IMG/VR virus record: IMGVR_UViG_3300032246_001180
Span: 64,001 to 128,000 of that record
Length of the DNA: 64,000 bases
From: a virus
Reading direction: 5' to 3' (one strand)
Shown here: in pieces, positions 18,890 to 29,404 of the stretch
Position numbering within the stretch: the first letter of the stretch is position 1
Layout: each line of letters starts with the position of its first letter
Position numbers and translations under genes: made by a program
The notes under the pieces: model-generated
Databases searched by the model: none
What the model was told of the DNA's origin: nothing
The model's input: only the letters and a program-made list of their open reading frames with translations

Positions 18890-19556
18890 ACTGATTAATT
18901 ATTCACAAACTTCTTTTAGTGATGATGCCGGTAGAATCTTATCACAAAAGAGTTTATTGGAACAGGTTGCTTATGCAGCTAGAGTTTCAAATCCATCCAA
19001 TCAAGACAATAGCGACACCGCTGAAAAGTTGGTTCGTTATCTAATCAAACATCAACATTGGTCACCACTTGAAATGGTGAGCGTGTGTTTGGAGATTGAA
19101 ACTACCCGTGATATTGCAAGGCAAATCTTGCGCCATCGTTCATTCTCTTTCCAAGAGTTTAGTCAACGATATGCCGATCCAACCAAAGATTTAAATTTTG
19201 TAACCCGTGAAGCAAGATTACAGGACACAAAGAATCGCCAGAACAGTATCGTAACTGATAACTTAGCATTACAAGCTTGGTGGGAAGAAAGACAAAAGCG
19301 AGTAATTGAAGAATGTAAAAATGCTTATGAATGGGCAATCGCAAATGGTGTTGCCAAAGAACAAGCAAGAGCAGTTTTACCAGAAGGTATCATGGGTTCT
19401 AGAATGTATATGAACGGAACGCTTCGTTCTTGGGTTCACTATATACAACTCCGAACCGATAAAAGTACACAGAAGGAACATAGAGAAGTGGCACTTGCCT
19501 GCGCTGATGCGATTAAACCCATTTTTCCTATGATTACAGAATTCATTTCACAATAA
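18879..19556 (+). CDS. thyX: FAD-dependent thymidylate synthase
   Basis: HWSPLE, QILRHRSFSFQEFSQRY, EQARAVLP. Confidence 0.97.
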   Translation: MKVELINYSQTSFSDDAGRILSQKSLLEQVAYAARVSNPSNQDNSDTAEKLVRYLIKHQHWSPLEMVSVCLEIETTRDIARQILRHRSFSFQEFSQRYADPTKDLNFVTREARLQDTKNRQNSIVTDNLALQAWWEERQKRVIEECKNAYEWAIANGVAKEQARAVLPEGIMGSRMYMNGTLRSWVHYIQLRTDKSTQKEHREVALACADAIKPIFPMITEFISQ

Positions 19557-19580
19557 CAACAATATAATAAGGCAATATAT

Positions 19581-21383
19581 ATGGAATATCTAGGGATTAG
19601 AATAGATTTAGAGAGAGATAAACTGTTTGATGAGTTGGGTATCAAACGATTAAAAGAAAGTTACATGAAAGAAGATGAGGAAAGTCCACAACACAGATTC
19701 GCATTTGTATCTAAAGAATTCGGTTCAAATCCCGAACACGCACAAAGATTGTATGAATACAGTAGTAAGCATTGGCTCTCTTATTCTACTCCCATTCTTT
19801 CTTTTGGTCGCAGTAAGCGTGGTATGCCTATATCATGTTTCCTTAATTATATTGAAGATACAGCGGAGGGATTAGTTGACAACCTATCAGAAACTAACTG
19901 GCTTTCTATGCTCGGGGGCGGTGTGGGTATTGGTTTTGGTATTCGGTCTGCCGATGATAAGTCTACTGGCGTTATGCCGCATCTTAAAATTTATGATGCA
20001 AGTTCTTTGGCTTATCGTCAAGGTCGTACTCGCCGTGGTTCTTACGCCGCTTATCTTGATATTAGCCATCCCGATATTATTCCTTTTTTAGAAATGCGTA
20101 AACCAACAGGTGACCCAAATGTGCGTTGCCTGAATTTACATCATGGTATTAACATCACCGATGACTTCATGGAAATTATTGAAAGGTGTATGTTAGACCC
20201 CGAATCTAATGATGATTGGACTTTAACCGATCCACACTCTGGTGAAGTGCGTGAAGTTGTATCAGCAAAAGAACTATGGCAACGTATACTTGAGATGCGT
20301 ATGCAAACTGGTGAACCATATATTCACTATATCGATACAAGTAATAAAAAACTTCCACAATGGTTGAAAGATAAAGGATTGAAAGTACACCAATCTAATC
20401 TTTGTTCTGAAATCATTTTACCAACAAACGAAGAAAGAACAGCAGTATGTTGTTTATCTTCTTTAAATTTGGAGAATTACGATGAGTGGTCAAATGACAA
20501 ATTATTTCTCAAAGACGTTGCCGAAATGCTTGATAATGTCCTTAATTATTTCATCGCTAATGCTCCTGATGCTATCGCTCGTGCAAAGTATAGTGCCGAA
20601 AGAGAACGTTCTATTGGTATCGGTGCTCTTGGGTTCCATGCTTATCTACAGCGCAACAATATTGCTTTTGAAGGTGTTATGGCCAAAGTTGCCAACAACA
20701 GAATTTTCAAATCTATACGAAAAGGACTCGATGATGCAAATAAACAATTGGGATTGGAAAGAGGTGAAGCACCTGATGCTGTCGGCACTGGTAATCGTTT
20801 CAGCCATCTCATGGCAATTGCTCCCAATGCTAGTTCTTCCATTATTATGGGCAATACCTCTCCTAGTATTGAACCTTATCGGGCTAACGCTTATAGGCAG
20901 GACACTCTTTCGGGTTCTTTCTTAAATAAGAATCGTTGGTTGGATAAAGTTATTCAAAAACACCTGTCTAGTGATGGTGGAACAATATCACAAAATGATT
21001 ACAACGACATTTGGTCATCAATTATTGCTAACGATGGTTCCGTACAACATTTAACTTGGATGGATGAATACACTAAAGACGTATTTAAAACATCCATGGA
21101 AATTGACCAACGATGGGTAATTGATTTGGCTTCTGATAGACAAGAGTATATTGACCAAGCACAATCATTAAATGTATTTTTTAGACCAGATGCAAACATA
21201 AAATATCTCCATGCAATTCATTTCATGGCATGGAAAAAAGGACTGAAAACACTCTACTATTGTCGTTCAGAAAAAATTGGCAAAGCAGATAAAGTATCTA
21301 AACGAATTGAAAGAGATGTTATCAAAGAATTGGATATGACACAGATTGCTCAAGGTAACGATTGTATAGCTTGCGAAGGATAA
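19581..21383 (+). CDS. nrdA: Class Ia ribonucleotide reductase large subunit (no ATP-cone)
   Basis: SCFL, SNLCSEI, APNASSS, KTLYY, C-terminal CIAC. Confidence 0.97.
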   Translation: MEYLGIRIDLERDKLFDELGIKRLKESYMKEDEESPQHRFAFVSKEFGSNPEHAQRLYEYSSKHWLSYSTPILSFGRSKRGMPISCFLNYIEDTAEGLVDNLSETNWLSMLGGGVGIGFGIRSADDKSTGVMPHLKIYDASSLAYRQGRTRRGSYAAYLDISHPDIIPFLEMRKPTGDPNVRCLNLHHGINITDDFMEIIERCMLDPESNDDWTLTDPHSGEVREVVSAKELWQRILEMRMQTGEPYIHYIDTSNKKLPQWLKDKGLKVHQSNLCSEIILPTNEERTAVCCLSSLNLENYDEWSNDKLFLKDVAEMLDNVLNYFIANAPDAIARAKYSAERERSIGIGALGFHAYLQRNNIAFEGVMAKVANNRIFKSIRKGLDDANKQLGLERGEAPDAVGTGNRFSHLMAIAPNASSSIIMGNTSPSIEPYRANAYRQDTLSGSFLNKNRWLDKVIQKHLSSDGGTISQNDYNDIWSSIIANDGSVQHLTWMDEYTKDVFKTSMEIDQRWVIDLASDRQEYIDQAQSLNVFFRPDANIKYLHAIHFMAWKKGLKTLYYCRSEKIGKADKVSKRIERDVIKELDMTQIAQGNDCIACEG

Positions 21384-21386
21384 TAT

Positions 21387-22001
21387 ATGTTTAAAGAAAT
21401 GATGGAAAATTTAAAAGTTCAACGTTGGGATGACCACAGATATTATCACCATAGTCGAATCAATCAATCATTACATTTTGTATCGGCAATTAGTTTCATG
21501 ATTGCATACGTTTATTTGTTTATTGATCCTGTTGTGTCTGCTTATGTTGCATGGTTAATTGCTATGACAACTCGTCAAGCTGGCCACTTCTTCTTTGAAC
21601 CAAAAGATTATGACACATATAACCAAGCAACGCAAGAATATAAAGAAGAAATCAAAGTTGGTTTTAACTTGAAACGTAAACGTGTATTAATGGTCTGCTT
21701 TGTTTTAATTCCAATTCTTGCTGCATTTGATTTGGAATTTATGAATTATCTTGTGCCAGAACAAGATACAGAAACATTTTTAAATCGTGTTGGTATTGGT
21801 TGGTTGTGGTTAGGTGTTGCTGCTGTATTGTTTAGAATGATACAATTGACAGCAATACAGAGTCGCCGTGTTGCAATTACATGGTGTATTAAGATTTTGA
21901 CTGATCCTTTCCATGACTTCATTATTTACAGAAAAGCGCCATTATATTTAATGAAAGGTCAATTGATTGACCCCGATTTAAAACAAGACTATCAACCATG
22001 A
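21387..22001 (+). CDS. Mpo1/DUF962-like His-containing membrane protein
   Basis: HRYYHHSRINQSLH, RQAGHFFFE; multiple TM helices. Confidence 0.6.
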   Translation: MFKEMMENLKVQRWDDHRYYHHSRINQSLHFVSAISFMIAYVYLFIDPVVSAYVAWLIAMTTRQAGHFFFEPKDYDTYNQATQEYKEEIKVGFNLKRKRVLMVCFVLIPILAAFDLEFMNYLVPEQDTETFLNRVGIGWLWLGVAAVLFRMIQLTAIQSRRVAITWCIKILTDPFHDFIIYRKAPLYLMKGQLIDPDLKQDYQP

Positions 22002-22648
22002 AAACCATTGCACTCTTTTTGCATGATCCGGAATGTTCATTGGATTGTGTGAGTGCTATGACAAATGCGTTATCAGAAAAATATGAAATAAAAACATTTA
22101 ATGAAAAAGATATAGAAGATGTTAATTTTTTTGATAATGTTGATATTATTGCTTTTCCTGGTGGGATTGGCGACTCTGATTCTTTTTATAAATTCTTTAC
22201 TAGAAGAACAGGAAACAGAATAGCCAAATTCATCGAAGATGGTGGCCACTATCTTGGTATTTGTATGGGTGCATATTGGGCAGACCAATGGTACTTAGAT
22301 ATAATTGAGAATGTCCGTGCAGTACAATATATAAAAAGGCCTAATGCAGATGTTCGCAGAAGTTTTGGAACGATTGCTAAAGTTGAATGGAATGGTTGTA
22401 AAGAAGATATGTATTTTTACGATGGTTGTGCTTTGATAGGTGATGAAAGTAAGTTTAAAACAGTTGCGAGATATGCCAATGGTGACCCTATGGCAATCAT
22501 AAAAGGTAGAGTTGGTTTAATTGGTTGTCATCCTGAAGCACCTCTTTATTGGTATGAAAAACCTTGGCAATATATAAACAAATATTGGAATCAAGGAAGG
22601 CACCATAAATTATTATTAAATTTTGTTGATGAATTAATGGAGAAATAG
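21998..22648 (+). CDS. BPL-N / class I glutamine amidotransferase-like protein
   Basis: FPGG, YLGICMGAY nucleophile elbow, HPE. Confidence 0.8.
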   Translation: MKTIALFLHDPECSLDCVSAMTNALSEKYEIKTFNEKDIEDVNFFDNVDIIAFPGGIGDSDSFYKFFTRRTGNRIAKFIEDGGHYLGICMGAYWADQWYLDIIENVRAVQYIKRPNADVRRSFGTIAKVEWNGCKEDMYFYDGCALIGDESKFKTVARYANGDPMAIIKGRVGLIGCHPEAPLYWYEKPWQYINKYWNQGRHHKLLLNFVDELMEK

Positions 22649-22763
22649 ATGATATTAGTAGCGACATGGGTTACAGTCGGTTTCTTTTCCGCAATTGGTT
22701 GGTATGGTGCTAATCACTATGTAATTGAACCTTACTTCCCACCACCTATAGAAAGAAAAAAAG

Positions 22764-22922
22764 ATGAAAACCCTAAAACAAATTCAAACTGAAGCCTTTT
22801 TAGCAATGGCTGAGGGAATGAAAGCATTAGAGCTTCAATTAGATTTAGCTAAAAAAAGAATAGAAGAATTAGAAAAGGAAATACAGAATGTCAAACAAAC
22901 AGAAACTATCACTAACGGATGA
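22764..22922 (+). CDS. Small coiled-coil protein (not in ORF track)
   Basis: MKTLKQIQTEAF...LELQLDLAKKRIEELEKE; overlaps the nrdB start. Confidence 0.4.
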   Translation: MKTLKQIQTEAFLAMAEGMKALELQLDLAKKRIEELEKEIQNVKQTETITNG

Positions 22923-23874
22923 AAGAACATACTTCAAACCGTTTAATTATCCATGGGCTTATGATGCATGGTTGAAACATGAACAATCACATTGGCTTCA
23001 CACAGAAGTTCCAATGGCTGAAGATGTTAAAGACTGGAAAAAGAAACTAACAAATGAAGAAAAACAATTTCTTACCCACATATTTCGCTTCTTTACTCAA
23101 GGAGATATTGATGTGGCGGGTGGCTATGTTAATAATTATCTTCCTTATTTCCCGCAGCCAGAAATACGAATGATGTTAACTGGCTTTGCTGCTCGTGAAG
23201 CCTTACACATTGCTGCTTATTCACATTTGATTGAAACATTGGGTTTGCCTGAAACAACATACAACGAATTTATGGAGTATGCTGAGATGAAGGAGAAGCA
23301 TGACTATGTTATGGACATTTCAAGCCAAAATACCACTAAAGAAAATACTGCCACACATATCGCTGTATTCTCCGCATTTACTGAAGGGATGCAGTTATTC
23401 TCCTCTTTTATTATGTTACTAAACTTCCCACGCACAGGCAAAATGAAAGGTATGGGTCAAATCGTTACATGGTCTATTGTTGATGAAACTCAACACGCTG
23501 AAGCAATGATTAAATTATTCAGAACATACATAGAAGAAAATAAAGAAATTTGGAATGACGAACTGAAGTCTAGAATTTACACTATTGCTGAACGCATGGT
23601 ACAACTTGAAGATAAGTTTATTGACCTTGCTTTTTCGATGGGTGCTATGGAAGGCCTAAGTAGTGAAGATGTTAAAAAGTATATTCGTTATATTGCTGAC
23701 AGAAGATTGATTAGCCTTGGTTTGAAAGGTATCAATAAAGTAAAACGTAATCCTTTACCGTGGGTCGAGGAGATGATTAACGCTCCAACACACACCAATT
23801 TCTTTGAGAATAGAGCAACTGATTATGCAAAAGGTGCTCTATCAGGAAATTGGGGAGAAGTTTGGGCACATTAA
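22888..23874 (+). CDS. nrdB: Ribonucleotide reductase small subunit
   Basis: EALHIAAY, EGMQLFSSF, DETQH di-metal ligands; NFFE.RATDY tail. Confidence 0.97.
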   Translation: MSNKQKLSLTDERTYFKPFNYPWAYDAWLKHEQSHWLHTEVPMAEDVKDWKKKLTNEEKQFLTHIFRFFTQGDIDVAGGYVNNYLPYFPQPEIRMMLTGFAAREALHIAAYSHLIETLGLPETTYNEFMEYAEMKEKHDYVMDISSQNTTKENTATHIAVFSAFTEGMQLFSSFIMLLNFPRTGKMKGMGQIVTWSIVDETQHAEAMIKLFRTYIEENKEIWNDELKSRIYTIAERMVQLEDKFIDLAFSMGAMEGLSSEDVKKYIRYIADRRLISLGLKGINKVKRNPLPWVEEMINAPTHTNFFENRATDYAKGALSGNWGEVWAH

Positions 23875-23883
23875 AGGAATCAA

Positions 23884-24072
23884 ATGACAAACAAATCTAT
23901 GACTGGCGATTGTACAAATTGCGAATCAACTTATAACATAGAATTTATGGAAGAACTGGTTTCGGAAGAACTACCTGAATACTGCCCGTTCTGTGGTGAA
24001 ATCATCGAAGAATTATCCGAAGACTATATAGAGGATGAAGATAATTCCGAAGATGAGGAAAAATGGGACTGA
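23884..24072 (+). CDS. Small acidic zinc-ribbon protein
   Basis: CTNC...CPFCG. Confidence 0.7.
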   Translation: MTNKSMTGDCTNCESTYNIEFMEELVSEELPEYCPFCGEIIEELSEDYIEDEDNSEDEEKWD

Positions 24073-24518
24073 CTTGGACATATAAAGACAAAGACTTTAC
24101 AGAAGATTTAATTGGTGACAATTATGGATTCGTGTATGAGATAACCAATGTTATCAATAACAAAAAGTACATAGGTAAAAAATTATTCTATTCATCCAAA
24201 ACTAAACAGGTTAAAGGTAAAAAGAAAAGATATAAAGTATTGAGTGATTGGCAAACTTATTATGGAAGTAGTGCCGAATTAAGCAAAGATGTGTTATCAT
24301 TAGGCCACGAAAAGTTCGAAAGAAAAATAATTCATTTATGCCAATCAAAAGGCGAGTGCAGTTATTTGGAAGCTAAAGAACAATTTGCAAACTGTGTTAT
24401 GGAAAGAGAAGATTACTATAACACATGGATTATGGTCAGAGTAAGAAAATCACACATTAAGGATTACAATGCTAGATTACTTAAGGGAAATACGGCAAGA
24501 ACAGGACAAACCGTTTGA
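24063..24518 (+). CDS. denA: GIY-YIG endonuclease (T4 endonuclease II-like)
   Basis: GFVYEI...KYIGKK, DW..YYGSS, YYN. Confidence 0.8.
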   Translation: MGLTWTYKDKDFTEDLIGDNYGFVYEITNVINNKKYIGKKLFYSSKTKQVKGKKKRYKVLSDWQTYYGSSAELSKDVLSLGHEKFERKIIHLCQSKGECSYLEAKEQFANCVMEREDYYNTWIMVRVRKSHIKDYNARLLKGNTARTGQTV

Positions 24519-24828
24519 TTTCCTGACGTTCACTTCAGGTGATAACGGAGAATCATTAAGTATAATTGGCAACGAATATGCTGAACCTGGTGAACCAGTT
24601 GGAACTACAGCAGTTGGTCCTCAATATCATATCATACTATTCAAAGACCATCCAACAGATATGGAGAAGTTTTATGATGTTGATACTTTTGATGCTATAC
24701 TTGCCGATCCATGGGAATATATTTCTGGATTAATACCAGCAGGATTTTATGGTGTAATTGCACGGAAAACTACCACTTCTGAACCTATTGTGAAAAAACT
24801 GCTTGCCGACATTCAAAAAGTGTGTTAA
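24469..24828 (+). CDS. Hypothetical protein
   Basis: ORF with AAGGA SD. Confidence 0.6.
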   Translation: MLDYLREIRQEQDKPFDFLTFTSGDNGESLSIIGNEYAEPGEPVGTTAVGPQYHIILFKDHPTDMEKFYDVDTFDAILADPWEYISGLIPAGFYGVIARKTTTSEPIVKKLLADIQKVC

Positions 24829-24860
24829 GATAGAGTCTTTGAAACTATAGAAAGTTTGTT

Positions 24861-25712
24861 ATGATTTTGGTAGATTTGAATCAGGTATTGTTATCTGGCC
24901 TTATGGCACAGATTGCAAACCAAAAAGGTGTAAAGTTGGAAGAAAACCTAGTGCGTCATATGATACTCAATATCATTCGTATGCACATTAGGAATTTCCG
25001 TAAAGACTATGGTGAAGTTGTTCTCTGTTGCGACAATCGTAAATATTGGCGTAAAGAATTCTTTTCATTCTACAAAGCTAACCGCAAGAAAAACCGTGAA
25101 AAATCCGATTTGGATTGGCATATGATTTTTGATATGTTGGCTAAATTCAAACTTGAACTCAAAGAAAATTTTCCATACAAAGTGGTAGATGTTGAGAGTG
25201 CTGAAGCCGATGACATTATTGGTACACTTGTACCTATCTATGCACCAACTGAAAAGATTTTGATTCTATCAAGTGATGGAGATTTTCTCCAACTACAGAT
25301 GTATGGTGATAATGTCAAACAATACAACCCATCACAAAAGAAGTTTGTAACCTCTCCTAATCCAATCCTAGACCTCAAGGAAAAGATTATCCGTGGCGAC
25401 AAAGGCGATGGCATTCCAAATATCTTCTCACCACCTGATTGTTTTGTCAATGATATGCGGCAAAAACCAATCACACAAAAAATAATCGATAAGTACCTGA
25501 ATGAATCTCCAGACGCATGGGGTGATTCAGCCGCACTTACTGGATTTTCACGAAATGAAACTCTTATTGATTTGCGATTTATACCGTCTGAGGTCAAACA
25601 AAGAATTATAAATACATATGATAATTTAGTACCAGCATCGAAACACCAGATGTTGAATTACTTTATCGAACATAAACTTAAAAATCTAATGGAAGTGATT
25701 GAGGAATTCTAA
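24861..25712 (+). CDS. rnh: T4-type RNase H / 5'-3' flap exonuclease
   Basis: ILVDLNQ, YKANR, EADDIIG, SSDGDF.QL, GD.GDGIPN. Confidence 0.95.
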   Translation: MILVDLNQVLLSGLMAQIANQKGVKLEENLVRHMILNIIRMHIRNFRKDYGEVVLCCDNRKYWRKEFFSFYKANRKKNREKSDLDWHMIFDMLAKFKLELKENFPYKVVDVESAEADDIIGTLVPIYAPTEKILILSSDGDFLQLQMYGDNVKQYNPSQKKFVTSPNPILDLKEKIIRGDKGDGIPNIFSPPDCFVNDMRQKPITQKIIDKYLNESPDAWGDSAALTGFSRNETLIDLRFIPSEVKQRIINTYDNLVPASKHQMLNYFIEHKLKNLMEVIEEF

Positions 25713-26134
25713 TGAAAAATATCTATGAAGTGTTTGATGAATTTGAACAAGCTAAGTCTAAGAAAGACAGAGTGGCCGTTATTGAAAAGAATCTTTCGAA
25801 GACTCTAGTTCAAGTTTTGGAGTATACTTTTCATCCATCTTATCAATGGAAAATAAAAGAAATGCCAGATAATTATAAAATTCCCGATACACCTCCTGGT
25901 TTATCACGTTGTCAGTTATCAACTGAAATCAGAAAACTCTATCTCTTTCAAGATGGACACCCATCATCAGAAACACTATCACAAAGAAAACGTGATGAGC
26001 TGTTTATTCAATTAATCGAATCACTCGAGCCCCGTGAAGCCGAAGTAGTTATCGGCATCTTCCAAAAAGACCAAGGAGTTAAAGGTTTGGATTATAAATT
26101 CGTAAAAGAGGCATTTCCGCAACTTTTACCTTAA
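25712..26134 (+). CDS. Conserved T4-like hypothetical protein
   Basis: E.RKLY.F...R..LFIQL.ESL...EA; usual neighbour of rnh. Confidence 0.7.
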   Translation: MKNIYEVFDEFEQAKSKKDRVAVIEKNLSKTLVQVLEYTFHPSYQWKIKEMPDNYKIPDTPPGLSRCQLSTEIRKLYLFQDGHPSSETLSQRKRDELFIQLIESLEPREAEVVIGIFQKDQGVKGLDYKFVKEAFPQLLP

Positions 26135-26140
26135 TACTCA

Positions 26141-26512
26141 ATGCCACCTAAAGATGAAATAATAATTACTACAGGTGAATTTGATCCTTTACATTATGAT
26201 GAGTTACGATATTTACAGAAATGCCGCTCTAAAGGTAGTTGGTTAATCGTGGGAATACATTCAGACTGGTATATGCAATACGCTCGTGGTGGATTCATGC
26301 AGAATCATTTTGAACGCAGCGAAATAGTTAAAAACTTAAATTGTGTAGATGAGGTTTTTGAATTCAACGACCAAGATGGTACCATATGTCATTTACTTAG
26401 AATTGTAAAATTTTGTTATCCAAATGCAGATATGACTTACATATCTCCAGAGGATATGGATAATATGCCTGAAACTAGGATTAAAGGCATTAAATTTGAA
26501 ACCATGAGATAG
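26141..26512 (+). CDS. Cytidylyltransferase-like (TagD/RfaE-II-like), degenerate active site
   Basis: TGEFDPLH, LIVGIHSD, VDEV; HxGH is altered to HYDE. Confidence 0.7.
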   Translation: MPPKDEIIITTGEFDPLHYDELRYLQKCRSKGSWLIVGIHSDWYMQYARGGFMQNHFERSEIVKNLNCVDEVFEFNDQDGTICHLLRIVKFCYPNADMTYISPEDMDNMPETRIKGIKFETMR

Positions 26513-26523
26513 GAGATTTAGAA

Positions 26524-26703
26524 GTGTCCAAGTTTGTTGGAAAGTTTAGAAAACAAAAAGATTATATGGATGATTATGAATTGTCAAAGAATGTCTTCCA
26601 TAAAAAGAAAAAAAATGAAAATGGTGAAATTAAAAAATTGATACGAATGTGTCAAGATGAAGATTATCATTACGATGAGAGAAAGAAATATCGGAAACAC
26701 TAA
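26524..26703 (+). CDS. Small hypothetical protein (GTG start, not in ORF track)
   Basis: AGGAG SD; fills the gap; 59 aa. Confidence 0.5.
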   Translation: MSKFVGKFRKQKDYMDDYELSKNVFHKKKKNENGEIKKLIRMCQDEDYHYDERKKYRKH

Positions 26704-26720
26704 TTCATAAAGGAATTTTA

Positions 26721-27482
26721 ATGGCAAGAACCGCTGCAGTAAAAAAAGTAAATGATACACATGAAGAACGTGAATCAAAACCAATTGCATCAAATCAACT
26801 TAGGATAAAATTAGATAATTTAAAAACGTTCCAACCATTAACAAGCAATCAAAAGAAATTCTTTGATGCCTATAAACAAGGCGACTATTTTATAGCATTA
26901 CATGGCGTTGCTGGTACAGGTAAAACCTTTATTGCTTTATACAAAGCAATAGAAGAAGTGTTAGATAAATCAAATCCATTCAATAAGATTATTGTTGTTC
27001 GTTCAGCAGTTCAATCCCGTGAAATAGGTCATCTTCCTGGTGATGTTGGTGAAAAAATGGAAATCTATGAACAACCATATCGTCAAATTTGCCATCAGTT
27101 ATTTGACCGTAAAGATGCTTGGGATAGATTAGAAGAACAAGGACATATTCAATTTATTTCTACATCTTTTATCCGTGGTATGTCGTTTGATAACGCAATC
27201 ATCCTTGTTGATGAAATGCAAAACTTGAATTATGAAGAAATTGATACTGTTATGACCCGTGTTGGTCATATGTCAAAAATTATTTGGTGTGGTGATTATA
27301 GACAGACAGATTTAACCAAGAGAAGAACCGATGTTACTGGTATTCTAAAATTCTTTGATATTGCTCAACATATGAAGGCTTTTACAAGAGTTGAATTTAC
27401 ACCTGATGACATTGTTCGTTCATCATTGGTCAAAGATTATATTCTTGCCAAATTAAAATATGAAGATTTAATAGAAAAATAA
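26721..27482 (+). CDS. phoH: PhoH-family ATPase
   Basis: GVAGTGKT, IGHLPGD, FIRGMSF, DEMQN, GDYRQTD, DIVRS. Confidence 0.95.
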   Translation: MARTAAVKKVNDTHEERESKPIASNQLRIKLDNLKTFQPLTSNQKKFFDAYKQGDYFIALHGVAGTGKTFIALYKAIEEVLDKSNPFNKIIVVRSAVQSREIGHLPGDVGEKMEIYEQPYRQICHQLFDRKDAWDRLEEQGHIQFISTSFIRGMSFDNAIILVDEMQNLNYEEIDTVMTRVGHMSKIIWCGDYRQTDLTKRRTDVTGILKFFDIAQHMKAFTRVEFTPDDIVRSSLVKDYILAKLKYEDLIEK

Positions 27483-27560
27483 AAAACACCACTTTTGGTG
27501 TCAACCTAAAATCATATCATGCGTTAAGCTTATGTGTGATTTTGATATAATGGAATAAGT

Positions 27561-28289
27561 ATGTTTGATATTATAATGAAACCAAGTACAGTCCACGTGG
27601 ATTGTTTTACTAATTTGGGTGTTGCATATAACTATGCAAAAATTGATTACGCAAGTAATTTTTATCCTGAATGGTGGAAAAAACTAAGTAAAGAAACTTT
27701 TCCTCCACCAAGAAGGGTTCCAGCACCCACAATGAAAACGTGTCAAGGTATTATTAATTTATATCAAAATAATTTAATTATGCCTATGTGGACCGATACA
27801 ATCGTTCAAACCACAGAAAATAGCATAGATGTTCAATTTGCTGAACAATGGGTTTGGGACCAACATCCATATGAACAGAGAGAGGGATATTTAAAAGCTT
27901 ATCATCACGCAAAGATACGTTCTCCTTGGTTATTTAAATCAAAAAAAGAAATATATTGGTCATTTCAAAAACCAATGTATAATTTTGATAATCCTTTAGA
28001 ATATATTATTTTTGATGGAGTTGTGGACTTTAAATACCAATACACAACAAATATTAACATGGCTTTTAAGAAGTTGAACAAACAAACAAAAATTCCATTT
28101 AAACAACCTTTACTTTTAATGACTCCTCACACAGAAAAAAGATTAGTGTTTAAAAATCATTTTTTAAGTAAAGAAGAATTTTTAAATTTAGCGGAAGATG
28201 GTGGTGGTACTACCACATTTGTTAATAAGTATCTCACAAACAAAAAAATCAAACAATCACAAGAAAAGAAGTGTCCATTTCACTTTTAA
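27561..28289 (+). CDS. Hypothetical protein
   Basis: PEWWK..TMK.C.G..; C-terminal KCPF. Confidence 0.65.
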   Translation: MFDIIMKPSTVHVDCFTNLGVAYNYAKIDYASNFYPEWWKKLSKETFPPPRRVPAPTMKTCQGIINLYQNNLIMPMWTDTIVQTTENSIDVQFAEQWVWDQHPYEQREGYLKAYHHAKIRSPWLFKSKKEIYWSFQKPMYNFDNPLEYIIFDGVVDFKYQYTTNINMAFKKLNKQTKIPFKQPLLLMTPHTEKRLVFKNHFLSKEEFLNLAEDGGGTTTFVNKYLTNKKIKQSQEKKCPFHF

Positions 28290-28361
28290 GGAAAAACGAC
28301 ACACCAGGATCAACGGTGGCCAATTTTCTTTAAGTGGTTGATACACCGATATCACTTATTT

Positions 28362-28423
28362 TGTTGTTTTTATGCAACAAAACCAAAATAACGCTTGACT
28401 CCTGACTAAAACTATGAGATAAT
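28362..28423 (+). promoter_or_regulatory. Sigma70-type promoter with upstream TGTTG-N8-CAACA palindrome (copy 1)
   Basis: Palindrome 28362-28379; TTGACT 28395; 17 bp; GATAAT 28418. Confidence 0.8.
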
Positions 28424-28450
28424 GATATCTCTTGAATGGAGATTTAATCA

Positions 28451-28837
28451 ATGATAGTTTATGGTCATATTCCAAAATCCAAAAAACGTAAAGTTCCAAA
28501 AGCTTTGAAAAAAGAACACGATGAATGGTTAGCTTCTGTACAGAAAATGACCACCAACTTTGGAAAAACTAAATCCACGCAAATTTCTAAAAGTGTTCCA
28601 TTACCTAAGGTGCCTCCTGGTCGTGAAACGCCATATTACGCTTCCTTGGATACAGGTTTTACAGGAACTTTGACAAAAGTTGGGATTATGAAGGATTATC
28701 ATAAAATGTCAAAGGAAGATAGAGCAAAAGTTGATGAAATTAACGCTTGTGTTGCTCCTTTACACAAAAGCAATTATGTGTATGTTTCTCCAGGTATGAA
28801 TCCTGCCGGATTTGGCAGAAAAAATGAAGTTCTTTGA
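28451..28837 (+). CDS. Hypothetical basic protein
   Basis: GGAG SD; C-terminal APLHKSNY..V motif. Confidence 0.65.
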   Translation: MIVYGHIPKSKKRKVPKALKKEHDEWLASVQKMTTNFGKTKSTQISKSVPLPKVPPGRETPYYASLDTGFTGTLTKVGIMKDYHKMSKEDRAKVDEINACVAPLHKSNYVYVSPGMNPAGFGRKNEVL

Positions 28838-28852
28838 AAGGAATATTAAATA

Positions 28853-29041
28853 ATGTATGCACCACACGAAGAAACGCAAATTTTGCGAGGAATTGATGAA
28901 ATTATGTTCAATTTACGTCATGTACCAGTTGATGATGTAGCACATTTTCTTGTAAAATTCAATCCGAAACTTGCAGAAGAGCTTGCAACAGCAATTTCTT
29001 TTCAAATTTTCGATAAAAACGAAGGGAAAAATCATGAGTAA
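28853..29041 (+). CDS. Hypothetical protein
   Basis: SD and ORF packing. Confidence 0.55.
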   Translation: MYAPHEETQILRGIDEIMFNLRHVPVDDVAHFLVKFNPKLAEELATAISFQIFDKNEGKNHE

Positions 29042-29207
29042 TAGCAATAAAGAAGAAAATTACTATCTTTGGCTCGATGCTAAGGCGGATGACGAAGAAA
29101 TTCCTGCTTGGAAACGCTTAGACATTGTAACTCGTAAATGGGCAGCTTTATCGGGAATGGAAAAAGACCTTTCCGACTACGCAAAAATGAAAGAAATGTA
29201 TCAATGA
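29034..29207 (+). CDS. Hypothetical protein
   Basis: Coupled start MSNSNK. Confidence 0.5.
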   Translation: MSNSNKEENYYLWLDAKADDEEIPAWKRLDIVTRKWAALSGMEKDLSDYAKMKEMYQ

Positions 29208-29404
29208 GTCGTAATTTGAGAAAAACAACTTATTCCTCTATTGTTGAAGATGCTGGCGATGGAAGCGGAGATGCAATTTTAACTATTCCTCCAGAAATCT
29301 TAGAACAGACACAATGGAAAGAAGGAACAGTTTTAAATATTTCCATGGATAACATGGGAAGAATCATTCTTAAAGAGGTTGGCAAACCTCCTGTTGTTGT
29401 ATAA
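29204..29404 (+). CDS. AbrB/MazE/SpoVT-like DNA-binding protein
   Basis: LTIPPEIL....WKEGTVLNI...GRIIL pattern. Confidence 0.7.
   Translation: MSRNLRKTTYSSIVEDAGDGSGDAILTIPPEILEQTQWKEGTVLNISMDNMGRIILKEVGKPPVVV

Noticed and set aside
19581-23874. Introns or inteins in nrdA/nrdB
   Set aside because: Both frames are continuous and of normal length
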